DNA of 64,000 bases, from the NCBI GenBank assembly GCA_013239625.1, contig MU053513.1, forward strand, positions 20,370 through 84,369. Reading direction: 5' to 3'. This document shows positions 39,831 through 53,394 of this stretch, one piece after another. Made by a program: the position numbers and the translations under genes. This DNA comes from Lama guanicoe. Its lineage: Eukaryota. A model generated the notes under the pieces. That model was given only the letters and a program-made list of their open reading frames with translations, was not told where the DNA came from and searched no databases. Position 1 is the first letter of the stretch. Each line of letters starts with the position of its first letter.

Positions 39831-42109
39831 ATGGATACTAACAAAGAATAAACTTAAAGTAGATGAGACATATGGAAACCTTGTTGTTTAAAATACGTGA
39901 AAAATTTAAAACTTTCTTAAATAAGACTCTTAAATAAGCCAGCTTTAGACCATCCCCATTTTTATTTATTTATTTTTGGGGATGAATAATGAGATTTCTC
40001 CACATATGGTCACATTTGGCTCTGCAGTAGTTCAAAGGAGGTTATTAAGACAGCCACCAGCTGCATTTCTCCGCTTTCTCCACCACAGTGTTTCCTGTGC
40101 ACGTCAAGCCGCTGCTCACATCAATGAGCTATTCTAAGTGTTTCTTTTTCTCTTTTCATCCATTTTACCTTGTTTCAATTTCCTCACGTTAATCAAAGAA
40201 ATGCGTCTTCCTCTAAGTGCCTTGTTTAAAGCATCTTGTTATGTCAAGCTAAGTACTGTCATTTATAAGAGAGGACGAGCATTGCTTGTCCAAGGAAAGC
40301 AAAATATCCCCTTGCAAACTGATAGGTATTCCTGTTTGCTGACTGGCTGAATTTAAATTGGCTTGTTTGGCACGTCCTTCCCCTACTGAGTCTTCTTTCT
40401 GGGCTGGATGCCGCTTCTGACAACACTTCCTTGTATATTCATGCCATTAAATAATTGCCGCTGGGCTTCATGTTTCCTTTGGTTGCACATATATTATGTA
40501 TTATATACATTAGCTTGTAACGTTTCTTTATTCCTAAGACCTAGTTTGAAATATTATATTCCACGGAGAAAGTAACACCAAGGTGATGCCTTCACCTATT
40601 TTCCTATCTGTTAGAGAAAATTATTATATCACATGAAATCTTGATCTTTCATCCTCCACAATTTACTGGTATATTTGGAAATTTGGGGGAAAATTCACTT
40701 AAAGTCAAGTAGGATTTTTTTTTTTCCTTTTGGTCAATCAAATGATCTAGAATGAGGGTTTTGTCCTCCCTTCTTTTTGCACACTGATAACAATCTATTC
40801 CATCACTTTGGCCTCCCATGAAGTCACTCAAAATGACTATAGAAACAAACCAAATCCTATGTCAGAATGAAGGATACTATGTGATATGAGGGTTAATGAA
40901 AACATATCTTGGAAACAGGAAATAAGATTAGAGGTGACATATTATTAGTATCAGCCAAGAGGGAGTCTTCCGGCAGCCAGAAAATACACACACACAGCTC
41001 TTTGGTTTTGTCATCATAACAGACTCCCATTTATTAATGAATTCAGAAATAATTGTCACCTCAGGGCTCTAAGAGTAGCATGAATTAGGGTTGGAGAGTT
41101 ATAAACAGTACTATTGGAGAGCAACCTGCAGTTTGCATAACTTGTTGCCTGAAAGCAAGCCCAAAGTCAAACTCACATGAATTCTTTGGAATTTTAAAGT
41201 GCAATTAAAAAAAAAAAATTCAAAGAACTCTCGTTTAATTTTAACCTCCAGTGCATGAACCATATCACTGTTCAATTATCAGAATCTGGTTACCTACTTA
41301 GCTATATAAGCACATAAATCTCTTTCTATAACTTGTCATCTAATATATTCACGTCAGTTCTATTTGCTCAGAGTAGAGAGCTCTCCGTGTCTTAAGGTGA
41401 TGACTCAAACACTAAGAAGAGACAAGGAGGTAAGTTACAAATGCCGAGACACAGCAACTAGCACGTGATTGATTAGTGGGCTAAATAAAAGATGGTTTAA
41501 AGAGTTTGAGGGTAGGCATTTGTGGGATAAAGCTCAGATTTCTGTGGCTTCAAAGCTTTAAAGTGCTTTTTATCTGTATCAAAATTACTGAAGTGGCAAT
41601 TGAGTTCGTGCAATTTAAGTTATTCCAAGATTGTAGGAAACTGTTAGCAAACGTAAGTGATTGTTATGAAAATTCTATACTAGTCCAGCTGTCTTTTTTT
41701 TTTTTTGCCCCAAACTTCTAACATCAATTTAGAATATTTTTTAATAGAACAAATTTGTCATTTTGAACCTGGTCTAGCCATATTCTTTTGTCTGTAACAC
41801 AAACTAACTAGTATACAGTCTTCAGACAATACATGCTTCACGAGGGCAAGAGTGTCTGTTCTGTTTTTGTTTCTTGATCTATCTGGGAACCTAGAACAAT
41901 GCCTGGAATACATCAAGTACTCAATAAATACATGTTAATTGAATGAAATTCTGTCTCTAAGAGATTATGTGGTAGATATCTTTCTTCAGTCTGAAACTAG
42001 TAGTTTAAACATTTATCTTCTTGTATAAAGAGTTATCTGGTTCTTCTAACTGTGGGAAAGTTCCCATTTCTTTTCTCTGTTTCTGCAGAGACTGGAAAAT
42101 GTAATTCTG

Positions 42110-42350
42110 TATTGAGTATTAAACACATAGGCTACGTAGCCAGATTGCTCGGGTTCAGATCTCAGCTTTGCCTTTCACTACCTGTGTTACTATGGTGAAA
42201 ATACAAAATTCCTCTGTGTTACCCTTGCCAAAGTAGAGAAAGACTTAATAAGAGTTTCTAACTCACGGAGTTATAAGAATGCATTTAAAATGCCGAGAAG
42301 AGAATTTAACATGTAGTGAGTACTCAGTACATCATATTCTGGCTTATTAT
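42110..42350. mobile_element. MIR
   Basis: agccagattgctcgggttcagatctcagctttgcctttcactacctgtgt...catgtagtgagtactcagtac. Confidence 0.65.
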
Positions 42351-42559
42351 CGCTGGTATTAATATGGAACATCTATAGTAATTTTTCTCCTGATGAATAT
42401 TCCTATTTGGGTGGGATTATTCTGCAGATTAAAGACAATTATTTTCTTGGCAATCGAGAATCATCTCATTGTTCTAATCTGATTATGTTTATATTAACGT
42501 AGCTTACTTACATCTATAAGGTATTATTATAACTTGTTTTTATAGCCATACTTCCCACA

Positions 42560-42698
42560 CTGCCTTTTTAGAATCAAGACCTTGCCTGATTTATCCCTGA
42601 ATTCCTAGAAGACAAGGCAGTGTCGAATACATTGAGGCTCATAAAGTATATTTTGACTGATTGATAAATGAATGAATGAATGAATGAATGAATGAATG
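42560..42698 (+). mobile_element. L2 3' end with expanded (GAAT)n tail
   Basis: Ends aaatgaatgaatgaatgaatgaatgaatgaatg. Confidence 0.6.
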
Positions 42699-45414
42699 CA
42701 TCGCTAGGCAAATATTTGGCATTTGTATAAACAGATCACTCTTCTCCTCTGATGTAATGCTAGATAACTTGCTCTTAAAATAATATTATTTGAAATAAAG
42801 ACTCAATGTAAAGAAATTTCTTATTTTCACTTTAATTTCCAAAAATTTAGAGAATGTAGGTTTGTGTATCTCTATTAGTGTATCAAAAAATTTTATTTTC
42901 ATAAATATATTTCAGGCTTTGAAATTTCATCCAAAAAATCATAAAGAAAAGGTCAAACATCCAAATTCTAAACTTGTAAATGATTTCATGAAAACAGAAT
43001 CGTTCCATGAGCCTATTCAGTAAAGCTATAAAGAACTTCTTTGTATTTGTTTTTATTTATGACTGATGTTAGAAATTACTACTAGAAGTTAGGTATGTTA
43101 CTACAAAGATAACATTTCTAAAATAAATAATCCCTTATTATTCAGTATACCCTGTCTCAGTGAACCTATATGGTTTGGCATAATGCACCTGAAGTTTAGA
43201 TCACTTAGTTTTTAATTACAAAATTTAGAGAACTTCTTTCTACAATAAAGAAAAAGATATTTAACATTCTTAGGTATTGTAAAAGTGGATTTTGAGTGGT
43301 GATTCTCTCCATGTTCTTCATCACAGGATTTACTTCTGTACATTGAAAGTTTTAAGTTTATGTAGCAATATGTTTATATCTTACACAAAACTGTTGTTGT
43401 TTTATATCAAATCATATATGTAATTTCCTTGGGGAGCAATATTTTTTAAATGTTGATGCACTCCTAGTCACAGAAAATGTCAAATGCTTTCAAAAATGTG
43501 AGAGGCAGATTCATGTTCAGCAAAAAGTTTCAGGATTTCAGTCTTTAAGTAAAGCAGCAAAACTGAGATTTGATCCATTTTTTTTTCTACCCTCTGTCAT
43601 TACCATCTCAGCACCTCTGACATTTTGACACATCTTTTCTATGAGCACAAGCATTTATATATTATTTCTCAATCAATCTTTTCATACCCAATGAAAGAAA
43701 TATAATCACCTACTTCAATACACTCAAGGAAAATAATACCTTGCTTCAATTATATTTCAATTCTTGCTATTATTTTGGCATTGTGTCGTCTTATAATTGA
43801 TTAAAATAAAATATGAAATCTTCAGGTACATTTTAAAATTCTGAATAAAGTAGTGCAGACTTGCACCTTTTTTATTTTAAGTCATCAAAATCCAATGACT
43901 TTTAAAAAATTCAAGTGTAATGTAATTGTAGGGCAAATAAAATTAATAGATGTTAATCTTCCAAATTTAATAAATTCTTTTTCTTTGTTGATCGCTGTAT
44001 TTTAGGTGCACAATGTAAAAGAATTGCATATAATGAATAGTTTTTGAAAGAAAATCTTCCTCACTTATAGTTTCAACCCTATAAGGAGTTAAGTTTTTGG
44101 CTCATGAAGTAAGCATTTTTTATTGTATTTCCCATGAAAAATCATTTGTGTTCTTATATGTTACACTGGGCATAACTCAAACAAAAAAGATATCTCATTT
44201 TAAAAGACCGATTGTACTACATCATTTAGGTTTTTGTTGGTTATTTAATTTAGAAACAAGCCTTGCCAGATTGCTCTTCTGTAAAGTTATTAAATTGATT
44301 GGAAAAGATTAATGTATATCATTTGACTACCATATTCTAAGCAATTTTATTTAAAGCCATAATTAACATTTCTGACTTTAAAAGATTTTCTTGCCAAAAT
44401 TGTTTACAAATTAATATTTTACACTAAAAAGCACACTCTTCAAAAATTGCATGAGGTTATATTCATTTATTCCAAGTTCTTAAGCTCTGATGATTGCCCC
44501 AGCTAAAAATAGTGCAGTCTTTATGATGTGCATTTTAGAGCTGACAGATGCCAGGATCTGTATATAAAAATGTAAAGTAACATATACCATGAAGAGATAG
44601 AACACAGTCTCCTGCAGAGATTGTGTCTTTAACACCAGGACTAGCTTGTCTTGTCTGCACTTAGAACAATAGATACCTGCAATCTGGCATGACACTCCAA
44701 TGACTGTCTTTATCTTCCATTGTCAGTTAAAATATGGGGAAGAAGTTCCCTTGAAATTTCCCCCAAGTACCAGATATACTGCAATTCCCAGTTGGGTGCT
44801 TGTTTGCAAGGCAGAACTGGAATCAGCTAGAATACTCAACTATTTAGTTATACAACAGTGACCAGGGAATTTCACAAATATGAATTCACCCACTGTGTTC
44901 TTCCAACTGAATCCTCTAAATTATCATCTAATATTTGGACAGTGAAGCTTTCCCATCTCTAAATAAAGAAACATTCAGACTAGTTAATGTTTCATTTTAA
45001 TATTATTCTTGTCTAGTGTTTAAGAAACAGTTTAGAACATTGTAACCACAATGAGTATTGAATACATTTTGAGCAACAGCTGATAAAATTTTCAGCCTCC
45101 GTACACATATGCATGTTTTATGCTTTATTTTTTTGCCAATATATGAAGAACATCTGATTTCAAACATTATAGTAGCTGTCATCAAAGGTATTTGCATCAT
45201 TCATAAAGGTTTTATTTGAAATAAAGTTAATTTAGTAAAATAAATAGTAAATAATAATGTTTGCATTTACTAGTTTTTATTGAAAATATATAAAGTGATA
45301 TTTGTTTAATTAAAAAAATAAATTTTGCAATGTCTCAAGTACAAGCTGAAACATAATGATAAGATAAATTCAGTGAAAGATGAACTCTGTATATTAAAGA
45401 TCTATGATCATAAA

Positions 45415-46053
45415 AAATACACTTACCATATGATCCAACATATATATAGAAGGTACTCTAATTCAAAAAGACATGCACCCCAATGTTCACAGCAGCACTA
45501 TTTATGATAGCCAAGACATGGAAACAACCTAAATGTCCATCCACAGATGACTGGATAAAGAAGTTGTAGTATATCTACAAATGGAATATTACTTAGCCAT
45601 AAAAAATAATAAAATTATGCCATTTGCAGCAACATGGATCAACCTGGAGATCATCATTCTAAGTGAAGTAAGCCAGAAAGAGGAAGAATAATACTATATG
45701 ATATCACTCATATATGGAATCTAAAAAAGAATGTAAGAAGAAAAATGACACTAATGAACTCATCTACAAAACAGAAAAAGTCTCACAGACATAGTAAATA
45801 ATCTTATGGTTACAAGGGAAAGAGGATGGGAAGGGGTAAGTTTGGCAGTTTGAGATTTGCAAATGATAACCACTGTATATAAACATAGATTAAAAAAATT
45901 TCTCTGTATAGCACAGGAAACTATATTCATATATCTTTAATAACATTTAATGAAAAAGAATATGAAAATGAATATATGTATATATATGCATGATTGAGAC
46001 ATTATTCTGTACACCAGAAATGGACACATTATAACTGAGTATACTTCAATAAA
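45415..46053 (+). mobile_element. Young 5'-truncated L1 3' end with 19-bp TSD
   Basis: atgcaccccaatgttcacagcagcac...ctgtacaccagaaatggacacattataactgagtatacttcaataaaaaa; TSD aaag(a/g)tctatg(a/g)tcataaa at 45396-45414 and 46054-46072. Confidence 0.92.
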
Positions 46054-46667
46054 AAAGGTCTATGGTCATAAATATTTATTATAAACTATGGGTAACATAT
46101 GTTATAAATTAAAATAAATTATTTACAAAATCACTTGAGTTTTGTCAGGAGCAGTTAGAAAATAGTCATGTATCATTCAAGGAGTATGATTTGTTTGATT
46201 TGTTGTCTTTGTTACTATTTTTAAATCAAATTAAAATGAATATACAAGGAATGTATTAGATTAACTGAACTTAACAGCAAACACTTAGGTCATGTAATAT
46301 TTTTATTTCAAAAATAAGAAAAAATATTGGACTATCTAATTAACAGTATTCTCACCCTAACATTACTGCATTGTTGTGTCCATAAAAATGTTAGACAAAA
46401 CTTAAACTGTATAGATGGATTTTGACCTATATTATATTCCTACATTTACTAATAACACTTAGAAGTCAGATCATGGATTTCATTCAATTCCAGAGCAGGC
46501 CTTTTGTTAATTTATTTCTCTGCCGCTCACACAGATAACATCAATTCTACCTCCTATATGCCCTCCACCCCTTTGATGGTGTTTCTCTACCTGAAATACT
46601 TGATTACTTCCTTACCACCTACTGTGATGCATTCTTAAAGATATGGTCCCATTTTTCTCTTTTGCCT

Positions 46668-46712
46668 ATCCATCCATCCACCCATCCATCCACCCCTATC
46701 CATCCATCCATT
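46668..46712. repeat. Imperfect (CCAT)n repeat at an antisense L2 tail
   Basis: Read directly; followed by L2-like cagcaaagcttctttgaatatctgctaagtgacagatgc. Confidence 0.7.
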
Positions 46713-47049
46713 CTTCAGCAAAGCTTCTTTGAATATCTGCTAAGTGACAGATGCTTGTCCTGAGCTTCAACAGTGAACAAGACATAAGACTTTCCTTTCA
46801 AATATAACTACTCAAAGGTTCAGAACTTTCCCTACAACATGTAAAGTGGGAAAGAGTTTTCTGTTCTGTACAAATGCGATAACCCTCACAGGCTGTGAAT
46901 TTTTTCTGAGTTTTTCCAGCCACTTGTGAAAACAAATATCTTTTCATGGCATGTCTTGACTTAAGACCACATCACACACACTTCCCATAACACTGTAGTC
47001 AGTGGAGCATTGCACTTAGTTCACGCTCAATAAATATTTGTCATATTCT

Positions 47050-47390
47050 TTCTGTCCAGATCTCTTTCCCTGATATCTACCTTGCCTAATTTGTCACTTT
47101 ATTTTGGTTTCTGTCAAGGTATCACCTAATTATAAGGGTTTTCAAAACAATACCATCTAAAATAGTACTTCCTAGCTCATTAACCTGTATACTCTTAATT
47201 TGTTTTCCCTTCCAGTTCATATCAACTACCTGGCATATGAAATGTTTGCTAAGTTTTTCCTTCTCCTAACCATAGTATGATGTAAATTCTATGAGAACAA
47301 GGACTTACACACTTGTGCCATATTTCTCATGTCTCATAATGTCTGGCACATGTTAAATACTCAATGAACATTTGTTGAATTAATGAAAGA
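47050..47390 (+). mobile_element. L2 3' end
   Basis: atgtaaattctatgagaacaaggactt...gtctggcacatgttaaatactcaatgaacatttgttgaattaatgaa. Confidence 0.7.
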
Positions 47391-48472
47391 GTGGCTCATT
47401 GTTTCCAGTCAAAGGTATTATTTTATTCTATTTTTGCTGGGGGTAAAAATTATAAGAAAAATCAATGCCATTTTAATCTATAGAATATACTGTGTGTCTT
47501 AGATATCAGATAATAAAATGAAATATAAACTTATTTCAAAATTTAAAACTAGATTTTCCAGTACAAGTAAATGTGGTATATGTTGATTAGATCTTGAAAA
47601 TATGAACTGCCTAGCTCAAACTTGAACACTGACAACTTTCTATCCTGAGGATAGTATGTGTATTTTTAAATGCCAAGAGCAAATTTAACAGCAGCTCTTG
47701 GGATGCAGAAAGTCTTAACTATGTTCACATGCTATCTTTCCAGTATCCTTAGAAAAAAATAACCTGGCTTATAACCACACTTCATAATGATTCTTATGTA
47801 AATTTTTTATTGCATCATTATTGCTGCAGTAATCCTCCTTGTTCTCCTAACATACGTAGAGCTATGGTAGGCGTTATACATTCACAGACCTCTTATAGGA
47901 TGTATTTAAACATGTAATGCAGACAGAGCAGATGGCATATTTTACAGTTTCACTTAAGCTGTGAAATACTGCTTCTAGAATTTGAATACAAAATGTATTG
48001 ATGCTAAATCCGTAAGTTTAGATATGTTTCTAATATATCATCATATTTGATCCATCCTTAATGGATGGTGGCATAAGAATAGTCTCAATAGGGTCTGCCT
48101 AAATTTAGATAGTTCTAATAATGAAAATACAGCTGGTGAGATTTGTTTTAAAGAGTTGATATTAAGCGAACCAAAGAAAGAGAAAATTCATCATTATGAA
48201 ATTTTGGCAATTTAGTTAATTGATAAATACTATCCAAATCATTGGTCTACTGACTCCTTTTTCTACTGTTAAAGTGCTATTTCTTTTCCTGAATCTGAAG
48301 ATCTTAGTCCATATTTTTTTTATCCTGTCCTCTTGGCATTCATTTTGTTACTTACATCCATAAGCCTATACTGTACCTTTAAAATTTTGAGTTTAATCAG
48401 CAGCTGATTAAGGCTTTATATTATGGTTTCTTTGATTTCATTTTGGAAACCTTACCCAAGATTAAAGTGTCA

Positions 48473-48473
<1 letters not shown>

Positions 48474-48507
<34 letters not shown>

Positions 48508-48592
48508 GTATGTATATATGTGTATATATATATATATATAATATCTATGTGTATATATATATATATATAGTGTGTATATATATGTATATATG
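48474..48592. repeat. Compound (CA)n/(TA)n microsatellite
   Basis: Read directly from the sequence. Confidence 0.92.
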
Positions 48593-50009
48593 TTAAAGTG
48601 ATAATATGGAATATATATGTAAATATGTGTGTTTAATATATTTGGTTGGTTATTTGTTTTTTTCTAGGAAACGCTGTCTGCTAATAAAGAGATTTCTAAT
48701 TTTCTGAACAATTTCCCTTTTTGTAGGTAATAACAACTTCTTTCTTTATGATGATCCTGATTCACCATTTTTTTTTGCCCTGCATTGACATCACTTCTGT
48801 ATAAAAGGTCTCAATATTTTGTTGTAACTAAAGAAAATCCTTTATGTGATTATTTTCCTACAGAATATTTTCAAATAATCTCTACCTTAAAAAAGAATCA
48901 AAAGTTATATAATAATATTGAAGTTAAATCTTAAAGTTAATAATTTACAAAATGATATAATGTACCCAAAATATCTCTGTATTTGTATATGTACTAGTTT
49001 AGTTTGCCACGTTTCTAAATCACTCTATGTCTCTTTTTAGTTCTACTTGATTCTTTCCTCATATAAGTAACTAGACTTCTTAGTTTTCAGTACACAGTGT
49101 GAGATCACAAGAAATGATCATCAGTAAAATCTCCCAAGCTTGATACTTTTTTATTCAAAAGAGTAGTCAATATGAGACAGACGTCTCTTATGTTGCAGCA
49201 CAAAGAGAATTGGGATTTAACTCAGCTGAGTAACATACCCACTGCTTTTCACTGCTCCTGCATCTGTTCCTATAACCACGGGCATGATGGCTCAGGGGAA
49301 ATATGATTCCCCCAATATAACAGGCTCCAAGACAAAAACGTGTGTGCCCATTGCAGCTAAGATCTCTTAGGGTTCCAATTGTATCCCTTTTCACTGAATA
49401 TTTACAATCACTTGATTATTCCACTGCTGTTAGACAAACTTCCCCAAAGTCCTAATCTCATAAGACATCCCCAATCTTAGAAAGAAAACAAAAAACAAGC
49501 AAAGATTTCCCGTCATTATCAGAATAAAATTCCAAATCCTCTTGAACAAGATCCTTCACAATCTGAACCCTGTCACTATTTCAAGATTTATCTTTCTCTA
49601 CATTCCTATTTCACTCCTTTAGCCACATTTAACTACGTAAATTTTCTTTAAAAGGGACTGTCAGCTTATTTCTATGAATAACATTATGATGCCCTTATTC
49701 CCTCGAATATGCTTTTATCTCTCATTTCTTTAATCCACACAGTTCTAATGTCTTAATTTGGGCACAAAATCATGAGACAATAATGGATATAACTTCTTTA
49801 CATTTTTAATTAGGTGCCTATTTTGTATGTTCCCATTACATAAGTTTATGTTTACTATTTTTTATTGTAATCATTGGTTTACTGGTCTTTCTCTGCACTA
49901 TACTTTGTATTTCTTGTTAGTAGAAATCATGTCTTCAGAATCTTTGTATCTTCTACTTCTGGATATTGGACCTGATTGACAAATGTTTCCTAAAAATATT
50001 TATATAATA

Positions 50010-50848
50010 CTTAAAATGTATATTTATAACTCTTACAACTCAACAATAAGAAAACAGACTATCTGATTAGAAAATGGGTCACAGACCTTAGACACTTCAC
50101 CAAAGAAGATATACAGATGGCAAATGGTCATATAAAAATGTGCCCCACACCAATGTCATCAGTGAAATGCAAATTAAAATATGAGATACCACTACATCCC
50201 TATCAGGATGGCTAGAAGGCAGAATACTGACCACATTAAAAGCTAACAAGGATGTGGAGGAATTCTCACTCATTGTCGGTGGAAATAGAATATGGTACAA
50301 CCACTCTGAAGCATGGTTTGGCAATTTCTTGCAAAACTGAACATCCTCTTACTATAGGATCCAGTAGTCGTGCTCCTTGGTATTTTCCCAGAGGACTTGA
50401 AAACATATTCATCTGAAAACCTGCACATGGATGCTTACAGAAGCTTTATTCAAAAATGCCAAAACTTGAAAGCAACTGAAATGTCCTTCAGTAAGAGAGT
50501 GGATATAAAGACTTAGTTCATTCAGGCGATGGAGTATTATTCTGTTCTAAAACGAAATGAGCTATTAAGCCATGAAAAGACATATGAAATCCTAAATGTA
50601 TATAGCTAAGTGAAATAAGTCAATCTGAAAAGGTTACATACTGTATCATTCCTACTATATGACATTCTGAAAAAGGTAAAACTATGGAGAGAGTAAAAAG
50701 ATCAGAAGTTAGTGCAAGGGGCTAGGGATGAACAGGCAAAGTATAGAAGATTGTTAGGGGGGTGAAATTACTCTGTATGATACTATAATGGTGCATACAG
50801 GTCAATTATACATTTGTCCAAATCCATAGAATGCACAACACTAAAAAA
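50010..50848 (+). mobile_element. Old L1 ORF2 end and 3' UTR (L1MC1-like)
   Basis: cacttcaccaaagaagatatacagatggcaaat...gagctattaagccatgaaaagaca...tatacatttgtccaaatccatagaatg. Confidence 0.85.
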
Positions 50849-50944
50849 AGAAGGCAGGCAGGTAGTGAGAGACAAAGGAAGGGAGAAAAGAAAGAAGAAG
50901 GAAAAGAAGGAAGGAGGGAAGGAAAAAACCCTGTGAAGTGAAGG

Positions 50945-51110
50945 TAATGCAGTCATGGATGACTGTATTACTCATTGCTCACTATTTATCCCTCTTCTCA
51001 TCTGCTCATCCCTTGCCGTTTGACTACGGTGCTTCTTGTGGTCACATCCCCCCCAAAATATTAGTCTTGGCCATTGGTCTGGACTTGGCCAAAGGAGCGT
51101 CAGTGAATTT
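50945..51110 (+). mobile_element. MaLR LTR 5' fragment (MLT1-type)
   Basis: catcccttgccgtttgact...cttggccattggtctggacttggccaaaggagcgtcagtg. Confidence 0.45.
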
Positions 51111-53185
51111 TGCCAAAACTTTCCAAACATATTACAAAAAAGAAAACTTCAGACCAGTATGACTTTTAAGAATCTGAAATGAAACATTAATCAATAAAAA
51201 TGCATTATCTTATAAAAAGAAACAGTCATCATATGCTAATATTTATTCCAGGTAAACAAGTGATTCAATATTATCAATGTCTTAATATAATTTATTTCAC
51301 AAATATATAAAAAATCATATTATCTCTTTCATATTCACTGAAAATGCATTGGATCCAATTTATTGTATTAAAAATAAATGTTTAAAAAATAAGAAGAGAC
51401 GTATAGTTATTTAACAGATAAAATATATTTAAATGCCCAACTACCAGAAACACCCTTAAGAATTTTTTCAAAGGATCAAAGAATAATAAGTCCCTTGACT
51501 GCTTCTATTATTAAACAATGTCCTGAGAGCAACAGCCAATATAATTAAGAGAAAATATAAAGAAACATAAAAATTAGAGGAGGAAATAAATTTTTTTTTA
51601 TCAGTAATGTGATCTTATACTTGAAAAACCAAAGGACTCTTTTTTTTTTAATTTACACAAAGTAAAAAAAAAAATAGGGAAAGGTTGCCAGGTAGAAAGC
51701 AGATGCATAAAAATCAACTACCGTCATATTTGCCAATAATATCTGATTAGGAGACATGCTGGAAAAAGACTCCATTTATAATAACAAAACAATGTAATGC
51801 TTAAACCTTAATAATAAATATGCAAAAGCCGTAGGAGAGATACTATGGGATGTTATCAGGCACAAAATGAAAAGCAACAACAGAAAAAAAAAATGTGAGA
51901 AAATGATAAGACTTTGCGTATTTTTGGAAGGCAGCTATGCTCACCACCATACCACCAATGCAAGACTTAGCATATTTTTGGATAAGAAGTCTCAATACTA
52001 TAAAGATGTGAAATCTCACAAAGCAAATCTCTAAAGGTAGATTGATTTTCAATAAAAATATCTTTTTTCATTAAATAAACTACAGTACTATTCTAAAATG
52101 CATTTGGAAGAAAGAAATGGCAAGCAAGAATACCCATGATAAATCTAAATTAAAAGAGAGTAATAAGATAGACCAAACCCCCTGCTCCCATATTGAAGCA
52201 TATTATACAGTATCATTAATGAGACCCTGTGGTTTGGGGTACAGATAGACACACAGACAAATAGGAAAACTGAAAAGTCAATCAAGAGACAAAAATAAAT
52301 ACCTAAATTTAGTGCACGATAAAGGTGGCATTTAAATCAGCATTGATAAATGATATTGATACATCTGAGTGACTTTCCAGGGGAAGAAAAGTAAATTGAA
52401 TAAGACACCAAATGTCAAATAATTTACAGAAAATACATTTAAAATTTAAAAAGGAGAACTACAAAAGCACTAAGAGAAGACACATTTTTAATAATGTAGG
52501 ATTGGAAGATGATATAAATATTGACGTATAAACTGCATAAAAATATTACTCCTTTGGGGGAAGACATAAACCAATCAAAATATAAATGACAAAATGAGAA
52601 GAAAATGAACTGAAATCATAGGCAAAGGACTAATTTTCTTACTATAATCAATAATAAGACATCCAAAACCCCAGCAGAAAAACAGACATATGGTTCAAAC
52701 AAGCAGAGCACATAAAAGGCACTAAAAATAACTTTTAAACATATGATATATATCAACTTCAACCATGATAAGAGACTAAAGCTTAGAACTTAATTTAAAA
52801 ACTTCTTTTGTTACTGCTTAGATTAGCAAAAATCTAAAAGTTTGATGATAGAGTAGGGTGATGAGTCTTTAGAAACGGGAATTCCTATATATCGAAAGTA
52901 TAAACTGGAACAACCTCTAGTGGCCAAAATTTAGAATGTATATATACTTGGTCCTGTGGACTCCATTCCTAGCAATGCACTTTATGAATTCCTTGCACTA
53001 GTAATTTATTCAAAATGTATACAATAATATGTCCAATAAAAGCAGTGGAATACAATGTACTTTGTAACAAGATTACTATAACTCTCTATTGGCCCATGTG
53101 GAACGATCTCCAAAATTTTCTTTTAGGGAAAAAATTCAATACGTCACATAGATTATTGTATAATATTATACTGCTGTTTAACTAA
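51110..53185 (+). mobile_element. Highly degenerate old L1 (ORF2 RT region to 3' UTR)
   Basis: aaagaaaacttcagaccagtatgactt (KENFRPV, cf. ENYRPISL); later tttagtgcacgataaaggtggcatttaaatcag and agattagcaaaaatctaaaagtttgatgata. Confidence 0.65.
51924..51961 (-). pseudogene. Tailless retropseudogene of the tRNA-Gly(TCC) 5' half
   Basis: Minus strand GCATTGGTGGTATGGTGGTGAGCATAGCTGCCTTCCAA matches nt 1-38 of mammalian tRNA-Gly-TCC as I recall it, with 2 differences; direct repeats at 51908-51928 and 51962-51982 (19/21). Confidence 0.92.
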
Positions 53186-53290
53186 AGGGGAAAAAAATGA
53201 GAAAGAGAAAGAAAATGAGAGAGGGAGGGAAGGAGAGAGAGGGAGAGGGAGAAAGAGAAAGAAAGGAAGAAAGGAAGAAAAAAAGGAAAA

Positions 53291-53374
<84 letters not shown>

Positions 53375-53394
53375 AGGAAAGAAAGAGAAAAGAA
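53185..53394 (+). repeat. Purine-rich tract with long (GAAA)n run
   Basis: Read directly from the sequence. Confidence 0.95.

Noticed and set aside
51924..51961. Functional tRNA gene
   Set aside because: The 3' half, including the T arm and B box, is absent.
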